A program made the translations under genes and the position numbers. A DNA stretch of 64,000 nucleotides, taken from assembly GCA_021817985.1 (NCBI GenBank), contig JAKAFK010000003.1, positions 7,136 through 71,135 of the forward strand, in the 5' to 3' direction. The DNA comes from Pseudomonadota bacterium (GTDB lineage: Bacteria > Pseudomonadota > Gammaproteobacteria > Burkholderiales > JAKAFK01). The notes below the pieces were generated by a model. It was given only the letters and a program-made list of their open reading frames with translations. It did not search any database and was not told where the DNA came from. Below, piece after piece: positions 19,171-28,008 of this stretch (positions are counted from its first letter, which is position 1; each line of letters starts with the position of its first letter).

Positions 19171-20810
19171 TCGGCTTCAACCCAATCCTTGACGACCTGG
19201 GCCACCATCTTGGGATCCTGGCGAGCGATCTCCTTCGCCGCATGGAGGCTCTCCTCATAGCCGATAACCGCCCTGGCCTTCTCTCCGACATGGTGCCCTG
19301 GCAGGCCCGCATCGGCCTCGGCCTCCAGGGCCACCGCATTGCGCCGCGCAAGCTCGGTCATCAGCGGGCGGAAAACGCCAAACGCGAGATACAGGACGAC
19401 GCCGGCGACCAGCAAGTCCTTCAGGATGCTTTCGACCAGCGCCTGGTTGGCGGGATCCTTCCAGAAGGGGGTCGCCGAAGGCAACTCTGGCGTGGCCGCG
19501 CTGAACGAGGCATTCACCACGTTCACGGTATCGCCGCGCTGGGCGTTGTAGCCGATCGCCTCCTTGACGAGGTTGGTGATCTGCGCGATCTCCTGTCTCG
19601 GCAGCGGCTTGTACGACACCTTGCCGTCCTGCGCAACGACCCGCGCATCATTGACCACCACGGCCACCGAGAGCCGCTTGACCGCGCCGACGGGATCGAT
19701 CACATGGGAGACCGTCTTGTCGACCTCGTAGTTGACCGTGGACTCCTTGCTCAGATTGCTGGGCGCGGACGGCCCTGCGACGCCCCCGGGGACGGCGCCC
19801 GGCGCCGTGCCCGGGGCTGGCGCATTGAGCGGGGCGCTGGCCGCACCGGGCGGCTGATTGGACAAGGCGCCCGGGATGCCGGTCGCCGACTGCCCATTGG
19901 CGCCGACGGTCTCACTGGTCTGCTGGCTTCGCATCGTCTGATTCTGGGTCGCCGAATTCGGCTTGAAGGTCTCGGCCGTCTGTTCCACGCGCGAGAAGTC
20001 GAGATCCGCGGCCACCTGCGCGCGGACGTTCCCCGCCCCGGTGATGGGGCTCACGATGGACTCGATGGCGCCCTCGTAGTTCTTCTCGACCGTGCGCAAA
20101 TAGCCCAGTTCGCCTGCGTCCAGCCCGTCTTGAACAGAGTCCCCCGAACGCGTCAGCAGGTTGCCCGACTGGTCCACGACGGTCACGTTGGACGCCGACA
20201 AGTCGGGCACGCTGCTCGAAACGAGGTGCACGATGCCGCTGACTTGGCCCGGATCCAGCACCCGGCCCGGATAGAGTTCCAGCAAGACCGACGCGGTGGG
20301 CTTGCGCTCCTCGCGGGCGAAGACCGAGGGCTGCGGAATCGCAAGATGGACGCGCGCGGCCTGCACGGCCGAGAGCGCCTCGATCGTGTTGGCGAGCTCG
20401 CCCTCGAGCGCGCGCTGATAATTGACGTGCTCGAGAAACTGGCTGGTCCCCAGCTTCTCGTTCTCGAGCACATCGAAGCCGACGTTCCCGCCATGGGGCA
20501 AGCCTTGCGTCGCGAGCTTCAGGCGTGCGTTGTAGACTTGGGAAGCGGGCACCAGGATCGCGCGGCCGCCGGCCGCGAATTCATAGGGCACGTTCATCTG
20601 CTGCAGGGCGGCGATGATGGCGCCCCCGTCGCGATCGGACAGATTGCTGTAGAGCACGCGGTAAGTCGGCGTCTGCGACCACATCCACAGCCCGGTCACC
20701 AGCGCGATGGCGGCCGCAAGGCCCACCATCATCCCCAGCTTCTGTCCGGCGCTCAGGCGCGAGAACCCCTGCACCCACGCCTGCACCGCCTGCTGCGGCC
20801 CTACTGCCAT
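19167..20810 (-). CDS. fliF: Flagellar M-ring protein FliF
   Basis: Two TM segments; NYQRALEGELANTI, ARVHLAIP, VKRLSVAVVVN; start at ATG 20810. Confidence 0.96.
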   Translation of the reverse strand: MAVGPQQAVQAWVQGFSRLSAGQKLGMMVGLAAAIALVTGLWMWSQTPTYRVLYSNLSDRDGGAIIAALQQMNVPYEFAAGGRAILVPASQVYNARLKLATQGLPHGGNVGFDVLENEKLGTSQFLEHVNYQRALEGELANTIEALSAVQAARVHLAIPQPSVFAREERKPTASVLLELYPGRVLDPGQVSGIVHLVSSSVPDLSASNVTVVDQSGNLLTRSGDSVQDGLDAGELGYLRTVEKNYEGAIESIVSPITGAGNVRAQVAADLDFSRVEQTAETFKPNSATQNQTMRSQQTSETVGANGQSATGIPGALSNQPPGAASAPLNAPAPGTAPGAVPGGVAGPSAPSNLSKESTVNYEVDKTVSHVIDPVGAVKRLSVAVVVNDARVVAQDGKVSYKPLPRQEIAQITNLVKEAIGYNAQRGDTVNVVNASFSAATPELPSATPFWKDPANQALVESILKDLLVAGVVLYLAFGVFRPLMTELARRNAVALEAEADAGLPGHHVGEKARAVIGYEESLHAAKEIARQDPKMVAQVVKDWVEAE

Positions 20811-21083
20811 GACCACCTCGGCCGAGTGCCCGCATAAGCCCCGCAGGGAAAGGGAAGACAAGGACGCCCCGGCACCCGACGCGCCGCGGGAACCGCAGGA
20901 CGCCTCGTCGGGAAACCACAACCGTCGGCGCGCAAGAGCCAGCCGCTACTCAAAAACTTGCGCATTTTCCGCGCGTCGCCTCCCACCACCAAGCTCGGCT
21001 CTTCGGTTAGACAATCATTCTTCGCTTCGCAGTGCGCCGGGCCATGCCGCCCGGTCCGCGCGGGCTCGCGCCCGCCCATGCCG

Positions 21084-21401
21084 TCAGACCTGGATATTCA
21101 TGATGTCCTGATAGGCGGTCACGAGCTTGTCGCGCACCTGCACCATGGTCTGAAAGCTGAGGTTGGCCTTCTGCAGCGAAATCATGACATCCTGCAAGCT
21201 CGTGTTGGACCCGCCCGCCTCGAATGCCTGGGCCAGCTTGCCGGCCTCGGCCTGGGCGCCGTTCACCTGATCGATCGACGCCTTGAGGAGCGCGGCAAAG
21301 TCGGCGCCGCCGGACGCCGGCGCCTGGGCGTCCTGGCCGCTCGCCACTTGCGATGCGGCGCGCAACTGGCCCAACAACTGGTCGATGCCTTGAGTGTTCA
21401 T
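21084..21401 (-). CDS. fliE: Flagellar hook-basal body protein FliE
   Basis: LQDVMISLQKANLSFQTMVQVRDKLVTAYQDIMNIQV. Confidence 0.97.
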   Translation of the reverse strand: MNTQGIDQLLGQLRAASQVASGQDAQAPASGGADFAALLKASIDQVNGAQAEAGKLAQAFEAGGSNTSLQDVMISLQKANLSFQTMVQVRDKLVTAYQDIMNIQV

Positions 21402-21468
21402 CCGCGTTCCCCTTCCCCGGCTATGGGGGCTTGACCGTGCACCCGAGCCCCCTTACCACCCAATACGG

Positions 21469-21484
21469 AGCAAGACCCGTGCCA
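21469..21484 (-). promoter_or_regulatory. Sigma54 (-24/-12) promoter of the fliE operon
   Basis: Minus strand TGGCAC-GGGTC-TTGCT, exact match to TGGCAC-N5-TTGCW, 68 nt upstream of the fliE start and just after fleR. Confidence 0.85.
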
Positions 21485-21494
21485 TCAGGAACCC

Positions 21495-22853
21495 TTAGCT
21501 TTCCGTGGCCGGAAGCTCTCCGTCCGCGCCTTCCTCTTCCCGGTACTGCTGCAGCTTGTAGCGCAACGTGCGTTCGCTCATGCCGAGGCGCTGCGCCGCG
21601 AGCTTGCGCGAGCCGCCCACGGCCGCGAGCGTTTCGAGAATATGCGCCCGCTCGAGCGACTTCATGTCCATGGCGGCGCCGGCCGGATGCGCCGTCCCGC
21701 CGCTCCGCGCGGGTTCCGGCGCGCCCGCATCCGGCAAGTACAAGTGAGCGCCCTCGATCGTCTCGCCCGATCCCAGTATCGTCGCCCGCTGAATGACATT
21801 CTCTAACTCCCGGATGTTACCGGGCCAGCGATAGCGCGTCAATCGGGCCTGCGCGTCCGCCGAGAACGCCAGGCCGCTGCGCCCCGCCACCGTGCCGAAA
21901 CGCGACAGGGCCTGCCGCGCCAGCGGCAGGATATCGCCGGGCCGCTCCCGCAAGGAGGGAATCTGCAGCGGGAAGACGTTCAATCGGTAGTACAGATCCT
22001 CGCGAAAACGCCCTTTTGCGACTTCCTGCGCCATGTCCCGGTTGGATGTCGAGAGAACGCGCACATTGAGGGCGATCGGCTTGTGCGCGCCCACGCGCTC
22101 GACTTCCCGTTCCTGCAGCACGCGCAGCAGCTTGGCCTGCAGCGCGAGCGGCATCTCCGAGATCTCGTCCAGCAGCAACGTCCCGTCTTGCGCCTGCTCG
22201 AACTTCCCCGCGTGGGACTGGGCCGCACCCGTGAACGCCCCCTTCTCGAAGCCGAACATGGTGGATTCCAGCAGATTCTCGGGAATCGCGGCGCAGTTGA
22301 TCGCGATGAAAGGGCGCCCCGCCCTGGGGGAATAGCGGTGAATATAGCGTGCCAGCACTTCCTTGCCCGTCCCGCTCTCGCCGGTGATCAGTACGCTCGC
22401 CTCGCTCGCGGCGACCCGACGCGCGATGCCCAGCAACTCGAGCGTGCGGGGATCCTCCGCGACGACATCCGCATCCTCCCCCCGGGAGGAAGACAGCATA
22501 TAGCGCGCGACTTCGGCCAGCAGGCGATCCGGCTCGAAGGGCTTGACCAGATAATCGCAAGCGCCCGCGCGCATGGCCTCCACTGCCTTCTCGATCATGC
22601 CGTAGGCGGTCATCATGAGCACCGGCACGTAAGGGTGATGGGACCGGATTTCGCGCAGCAGCGCATACCCGTCCATGGGCGCCATCTGGACGTCCGTCAC
22701 GACAAGCCCGAACCGCACGCGCGCAAGGATCTCGAGAGCCTGCTCCCCGTCCGATGCCGCCGCCACGTCGTACCCCGACAAGGCCAGCGTGTCGCATAGG
22801 GCTTCGCGCAGGTCGCGATCATCCTCCACGATCAGAATGGGCCGGGTACTCAT
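21495..22853 (-). CDS. fleR: Sigma54-dependent response regulator FleR/FlrC-like
   Basis: Receiver (ILIVEDD, VVTDVQM), AAA+ (GESGTGKE, GAFTGA, LLLDEISEM, RFREDLYYRLNV), Fis HTH; ATGA overlap with fleS. Confidence 0.9.
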   Translation of the reverse strand: MSTRPILIVEDDRDLREALCDTLALSGYDVAAASDGEQALEILARVRFGLVVTDVQMAPMDGYALLREIRSHHPYVPVLMMTAYGMIEKAVEAMRAGACDYLVKPFEPDRLLAEVARYMLSSSRGEDADVVAEDPRTLELLGIARRVAASEASVLITGESGTGKEVLARYIHRYSPRAGRPFIAINCAAIPENLLESTMFGFEKGAFTGAAQSHAGKFEQAQDGTLLLDEISEMPLALQAKLLRVLQEREVERVGAHKPIALNVRVLSTSNRDMAQEVAKGRFREDLYYRLNVFPLQIPSLRERPGDILPLARQALSRFGTVAGRSGLAFSADAQARLTRYRWPGNIRELENVIQRATILGSGETIEGAHLYLPDAGAPEPARSGGTAHPAGAAMDMKSLERAHILETLAAVGGSRKLAAQRLGMSERTLRYKLQQYREEEGADGELPATES

Positions 22854-24043
22854 GGCGAGCTCCTGGGCGAGTCCGCCCGTGCCTCGAAGCGCGGCAGGCG
22901 GATGACGAATTCGGCCCCGCCCCCGGCGGGCGAGAGCGCCTCCACCTCGCCTCCATGCGCGGAAATGACGCCGCGCACGATCGCAAGGCCCAAACCCGTA
23001 CCGTCCGCGCGCGTCGTGAAGAAAGGCTCGAAGAGTCGCGCTCGGTGTTCCGGCGCGATGCCGCAGCCCGTATCGAGGATGCTCAGCGTCACGTGCACCG
23101 GATCGGCGCGCGCACGCAGGCGCACGGACGCGCCGGGCGCGGAGGCCTGCAGCGCATTCTCCAGAATATTCAGCAACGCCCCCACGATCGCCTTGCGAGC
23201 CCCCACGATCGCCGCTCCGTCGCTTTGATCCTCCAGATCGAGCGTGACGAAGCGCTGGCTCATCTGAGGTTCGATCGTCTGCGCGAGCTCGCTCAGGAGG
23301 GATGGGATCGAGATCGGCTCTTCGCCCACCGACTCGCCTCGGACGAACAGCAGCATGTCCTGGATCAGCCGCTCCAGATGACGAAGTCTGTCCAAAGCCT
23401 TCTCGGCAAACCGGATGCGGTCGGCATCGAAAAGCTGGGGCTTCGCCAGATTGGCGGTGTACAGCAAGGCCGTGGCAAGGGGCGTGCGCAACTGGTGGGC
23501 CAGGCTGGCCGCCATCTGCCCCATGGAGGACAGGCGCTGGTGGCGTTCGAGCTGTTCCGAGAGGCGATGCGATTCGGTGATGTCCTGCACGAGCAGAACG
23601 GTGCCGCCATCGTCCCAGGCGGCGTCCCCGATGTTGAGCCGGCGCGCGCCGTCCGCGCCGGCTTCGGCAAGCACATATTCGGAGGGGGTTTCGGTCCCTT
23701 GCAGACGGTCGGCCATCACGGCTTCCCATGCACGGCCGGCGACCGTTTCGCCAAACAGCGCCTTCGCCACCGGATTGGCCTCCGCCACGCGCCCCGCCGG
23801 GTCAAGCACGAGCACTCCGCCCGGCAAAGCCTCGAGCAGGCGCGCCAACCGCCGGGACAAGGCATCCTTTTCTTCGAGCTGACGCCGCAACTCGCTATTG
23901 GCGACCGCCAACTCCTGCGTCAGCCGCGCGACCTGCGCCTGCAAATCCTGGTAGGCGCCGGCCAGCTGCAACGAGGTTTCGTTGAACAGGCTGAAGGCCT
24001 GCTCGAGATCCTGGGCGCTCAAGCGCGGCGAATTTTGCGACAA
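22850..24043 (-). CDS. fleS: PAS sensor histidine kinase FleS/FlrB-like
   Basis: LEQAFSLFNETSLQLAGAYQDL N-terminus, PAS, H-box LAHQLRTPL, FFTTR..GTGLGL; TTG start chosen (ORF extends to 24118). Confidence 0.88.
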   Translation of the reverse strand: MSQNSPRLSAQDLEQAFSLFNETSLQLAGAYQDLQAQVARLTQELAVANSELRRQLEEKDALSRRLARLLEALPGGVLVLDPAGRVAEANPVAKALFGETVAGRAWEAVMADRLQGTETPSEYVLAEAGADGARRLNIGDAAWDDGGTVLLVQDITESHRLSEQLERHQRLSSMGQMAASLAHQLRTPLATALLYTANLAKPQLFDADRIRFAEKALDRLRHLERLIQDMLLFVRGESVGEEPISIPSLLSELAQTIEPQMSQRFVTLDLEDQSDGAAIVGARKAIVGALLNILENALQASAPGASVRLRARADPVHVTLSILDTGCGIAPEHRARLFEPFFTTRADGTGLGLAIVRGVISAHGGEVEALSPAGGGAEFVIRLPRFEARADSPRSSP

Positions 24044-24272
24044 TGCACGGACTTCCTGCAGTTCACGAATGCGCCGATTGTAACGCGCACAGCAAATCGA
24101 AAGAAAGTATCCACGCAACGCGCACCATCCGGGATGGCTGAACGCTTCCCCAGGCCGCCCGGCAACCGCCGCTTTTCAACGGTTCCGGCCTTGTCGCGCG
24201 TCCCACGCGCGACCCGCTCTTCGTGCGCGCGCGGGCGGTCCCGACAGGCCCGCGGGGTGCGGCCGCGCACTA

Positions 24273-24299
24273 TCAAGTTTTGTGGGCATGCGCCGATAG
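24273..24299 (+). promoter_or_regulatory. Sigma28 (FliA) promoter upstream of the cheV-cheV-cheY-cheZ-cheA cluster
   Basis: TCAAGTTT-N11-GCCGATAG matches the TAAAGTTT-N11-GCCGATAA consensus. Confidence 0.8.
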
Positions 24300-24337
24300 A
24301 ACCGTCGAAGCCTTGGATTCAGGAAGGACCATCACGC

Positions 24338-24562
24338 ATGATCGAGCATGAACAGCTTCGCGGCCGCGGCCTGCCGCGGCCGTCCGCCATAGCGCCGGCA
24401 GAGCTGACACGGAAGGCCCGCACCGCGATGACGGCGCACGGCCTCGAACATGCCGTCAAAGATGGAATTTTCGCGTACAATCGCTTCCTGACCCGGGATG
24501 GTTGTTATTTTTCACAGCCTGAAGGCATGAACTGTTCTCACCTCTCCCTATCCGGAGCCTAG
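24338..24562 (+). CDS. Possible 74-aa small ORF in the sigma28 leader
   Basis: AGGAAGGA 9 nt before ATG; stop 3 nt before cheV start; no recognisable family. Confidence 0.25.
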   Translation: MIEHEQLRGRGLPRPSAIAPAELTRKARTAMTAHGLEHAVKDGIFAYNRFLTRDGCYFSQPEGMNCSHLSLSGA

Positions 24563-24565
24563 CAC

Positions 24566-25507
24566 ATGTCGGACCTGCTCAAGAAAATCGATGCCCGCAC
24601 CAAGCTCGCCGGCACGAACAAGCTCGAGATCCTGCTCTTCACGCTGGGCGTCGACGCGCGCTCAGGGCGCAAGGAGGTGTTCGGCATCAACGTCTTCAAG
24701 GTGCGCGAAGTCATGCGGGTACCGGAGATCACGCGGGCGCCGGACATGCCCCCGGCGGTGGAAGGCATGATCAGCCTTCGCGGCGCGCTGGTGCCGGTGG
24801 TCGACCTGGCCAAATATACGGGCATCGAGGCCGAAGGAAGCCGCGACATCATGATCGTCACCGAATACAACGGGCGCACGCAGGGCTTTCTGGTTGAGGC
24901 GGTCGATACTATTTTGCGCCTGGACTGGTCGGCGATGCGCGTGCCGCCGGACATGCTGACCGCGCAGATGGGGGGACTGGTCACCGCCGTGACGGAGTTG
25001 CCGGACAGCCGGCTCGTCATGATGATGGACGTGGAAAAGGTGCTCTCCGAGACCACCCACTACGACGACAGCCACCTGTTCGCGGGTCTGCGCCCGCTCG
25101 GGCGCACGGACCGGACCGTGTTTTTTGCCGACGACTCGTCGGTCGCGCGCAAGCAAATCGAGCGCACGCTCGACGCCATGGGGGTCAAGTACATCAGCGC
25201 GATCAACGGGCTGGCCGCCTGGAACGAACTGCAAAAGCTCGCCGCGCAGGCGGAAATGCGGCAGATGCCGGTGACGGACATGATCCAGGTCATCCTGACC
25301 GACGTGGAGATGCCGGAGATGGACGGTTACGTCCTCACCAAGAAGGTCAAGACCGATGCGCGCTTCCAGGGCATTCCCGTGATCATGCACTCGTCCTTGA
25401 GCAGCGTAGCCAATCAGAAGCTGGGGATGTCGGTCGGCGTAGACGACTACGTCCCGAAGTTCGAACCGCAGAAGCTGGCTGAGACGCTCACGCGCCTGCT
25501 CAATTGA
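24566..25507 (+). CDS. cheV: Chemotaxis protein CheV (CheW + receiver), copy 1
   Basis: FGINVFKVREV CheW domain; receiver FFADDS, ILTDVEMPEMDG, KFEP. Confidence 0.93.
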   Translation: MSDLLKKIDARTKLAGTNKLEILLFTLGVDARSGRKEVFGINVFKVREVMRVPEITRAPDMPPAVEGMISLRGALVPVVDLAKYTGIEAEGSRDIMIVTEYNGRTQGFLVEAVDTILRLDWSAMRVPPDMLTAQMGGLVTAVTELPDSRLVMMMDVEKVLSETTHYDDSHLFAGLRPLGRTDRTVFFADDSSVARKQIERTLDAMGVKYISAINGLAAWNELQKLAAQAEMRQMPVTDMIQVILTDVEMPEMDGYVLTKKVKTDARFQGIPVIMHSSLSSVANQKLGMSVGVDDYVPKFEPQKLAETLTRLLN

Positions 25508-25559
25508 AGGCGGTGTCTCCTGCGAACGGCAAAGACTTCCCTCTTAAGGTGACTGAGCT

Positions 25560-26501
25560 ATGACCAACGTATTGTCCGCAGCGCCCCTCCTCGATTCCAT
25601 CGACGTGCGAGCCAAGCTCGCCGGCTCGAACAAGATGGAGATTCTCCTGTTCTCCCTGGGGACGCGGGAGCTGTTCGGCATCAACGTCTTCAAGGTACGC
25701 GAAGTCAGTCAGACGCCGCCCATCACCAAGACGCCCAACATGCCGCATGGCGTGGAAGGCGTCATCAGCCTGCGCGGCAACATCATTCCGGTCATCGCGC
25801 TGTCGAAGCTGCTCAACCTTCAGGCAGAACCCGACGATGCCGAAAGCACGATGATCGTCACGGAATTTTCCCGCCGCACGCAGGGCTTCCTGGTCCACAG
25901 CGTCGACCGCATCGTGCGGGTGGACTGGGAGCGCGTCAAACCGCCGGAATCCATGCTGGCGGGCAACGAAAGCCTGATCACCGCGATCACCGAGCTCGAG
26001 GATGGGAAGCTCGTGTCCATCCTGGACGTGGAACAGATCTTGGCCAACGCCATCGGCGAGCCCCCCATGCCGGAGCTTCCCCCCATCCACAGCGACGAAG
26101 ACATCTCCGTCTTTTTTGCCGACGACTCGGCGGTCGCCCGCAAGGAGATCATCGGCGTGCTGGAAAAACTGGGGATCCGGTACACGCAGTCTCACGACGG
26201 CCGCGATGCCTGGGACAAGCTGCAGGCGCTCGCCAACCGCGCGGCGCTTGACAAGATGCCGCTGCATGATCACATCAAGCTGATCCTGGTCGACGCCGAG
26301 ATGCCCGAAATGGACGGTTACGTGCTCACCAAGAACATCAAGTCCGACCCGCGCTTTTCCGGCATCCCCGTGGTCATGCATTCCTCCTTGTCGTCGGAAG
26401 CCAATAAGGCCATGGGCAAGCAGGTCGGCGTGGATGCTTATGTGGCGAAATTCGATCCTGTGGTCTTGTCCGAAACCTTGCGTCCCATGCTTAGCCGTTA
26501 G
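25560..26501 (+). CDS. cheV: Chemotaxis protein CheV, copy 2
   Basis: FGINVFKVREV; FFADDS, ILVDAEMPEMDG, KFDP. Confidence 0.93.
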   Translation: MTNVLSAAPLLDSIDVRAKLAGSNKMEILLFSLGTRELFGINVFKVREVSQTPPITKTPNMPHGVEGVISLRGNIIPVIALSKLLNLQAEPDDAESTMIVTEFSRRTQGFLVHSVDRIVRVDWERVKPPESMLAGNESLITAITELEDGKLVSILDVEQILANAIGEPPMPELPPIHSDEDISVFFADDSAVARKEIIGVLEKLGIRYTQSHDGRDAWDKLQALANRAALDKMPLHDHIKLILVDAEMPEMDGYVLTKNIKSDPRFSGIPVVMHSSLSSEANKAMGKQVGVDAYVAKFDPVVLSETLRPMLSR

Positions 26502-26635
26502 GAAAAAACCGATGCGCCTCGCGCCCAGCACGCAGAACCCGCGCCTGACCCAGGCCAAGCCGCCTTGCACCGCATGCCCGCGGCTTCGCGGCTGCGTTGA
26601 TTTTCTCGATTCCCCTCATCCGTTCGGAGCGGTTC

Positions 26636-27025
26636 ATGGCCGATAAGAATATCAAGTTTCTGATTGTCGACGATTTCTCGACGATGCGGCGCATCGTGCG
26701 CAATCTGCTGAAGGAACTGGGATTCAACAACGCCGACGAGGCGGAGGACGGTGTCGCCGCCTTGCACAAGCTCCGCGGCGGCGGCTTCGAGTTCGTGGTC
26801 AGCGATTGGAACATGCCGAACATGACCGGCCTCGAACTCCTCAAGTCCATCCGGGCCGATGCCGCGCTGAAGCATCTGCCGGTGCTCATGATCACGGCCG
26901 AGGCGAAAAAGGAGAACATCATCGAGGCCGCGCAGGCCGGTGCCAGCGGCTACATCGTCAAGCCATTCACTGCCGCGACGCTCGAAGAAAAACTGAACAA
27001 GATCTTCGAGAAGGTCGGCAAGTGA
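26636..27025 (+). CDS. cheY: Chemotaxis response regulator CheY
   Basis: [33 protein letters not shown]. Confidence 0.97.
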   Translation: MADKNIKFLIVDDFSTMRRIVRNLLKELGFNNADEAEDGVAALHKLRGGGFEFVVSDWNMPNMTGLELLKSIRADAALKHLPVLMITAEAKKENIIEAAQAGASGYIVKPFTAATLEEKLNKIFEKVGK

Positions 27026-27233
27026 CGCGCCTACCCGCAGGCACGTCGAAGGGGCCCGGTTTGAGCGGACGGCCAATCCCGCGCGCGCGCGGCGGCCCCC
27101 TCGGCCGCGGCACCGCCGAATGGGAACGTTTCATGGAGCACAAGAAGGACAGCGGCGCGATGCATCTCATAACCTATCCACCGGATTCGTTGGAGTCTCT
27201 CGCGTTGGGCAACGATAAGAAAAGGAGATCAAT

Positions 27234-27956
27234 GTGAGCAGCGAGAACGGGGACTCCACAGAACTGGAAGCGCTGTTTGACAGCATCGTCGATGCCGCGC
27301 ACGCGCCCTCGACGGAGGAAGCGCCGCCCGCGAAAGCGGCGCCTTCGGACACGCCTGAATTGGTCTATGAGCGGCTCGGGCACATGACCCGCCAGCTGCA
27401 CAACATGCTGCGCGAGCTCGGCTACGAGGAAAAGCTGCAGGAAGCGGCGCAGTATATTCCCGACGCACGCGACCGCTTGAACTACATTGCCGTGCTCACC
27501 GAGCAGGCCGCCGAACGCGCCCTCAACGCGACCGATGCCGCCAAGCCTTTGCAGGATCAGCTGTCCGCCGAGGCGACCGTGCTGGGAAGCGAATGGAAGC
27601 GCCTGTTCGATCGCGCCTTGAGCGTCGACGAGTTCAAGAAGCTGGTCGGCAAGACCCGCGACTATTTGGCGGGGGTTCCGGAGAAGACCCGCGCCACCAA
27701 CGAGCAGCTCACCGAGATCATGATGGCGCAGGATTTCCAGGATCTGACGGGACAGGTGATCAAGAAGACCATCGAGATGGCCCAGCAGCTGGAGCAGGGC
27801 CTGGTCCAGCTGTTGCTCATGACCACGCCGGCGGAGAAACGGACCGAAGTCGACCAAGGCCTCCTCAATGGCCCCGTCATCAATTCGGAAGGCCGCGCCG
27901 ACGTAGTCACGAATCAGGCGCAGGTGGACGACTTGCTCGAGAGCCTGGGATTCTAG
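27234..27956 (+). CDS. cheZ: CheY-P phosphatase CheZ
   Basis: PDARDRLNYI, EIMMAQDFQDLTGQVI, QAQVDDLLESLGF. Confidence 0.97.
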   Translation: MSSENGDSTELEALFDSIVDAAHAPSTEEAPPAKAAPSDTPELVYERLGHMTRQLHNMLRELGYEEKLQEAAQYIPDARDRLNYIAVLTEQAAERALNATDAAKPLQDQLSAEATVLGSEWKRLFDRALSVDEFKKLVGKTRDYLAGVPEKTRATNEQLTEIMMAQDFQDLTGQVIKKTIEMAQQLEQGLVQLLLMTTPAEKRTEVDQGLLNGPVINSEGRADVVTNQAQVDDLLESLGF

Positions 27957-28008
27957 GCCTCGCGACTGGCGCAAGCTCATCGCTTAATAGCTGATAGGGA
28001 AGCCGAGA

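Noticed and set aside
21495-23729. 744-aa ORF suggesting a FleS-FleR hybrid
   Set aside because: Upstream part is an alternative frame over fleS; FleR starts at 22853 with an ATGA overlap
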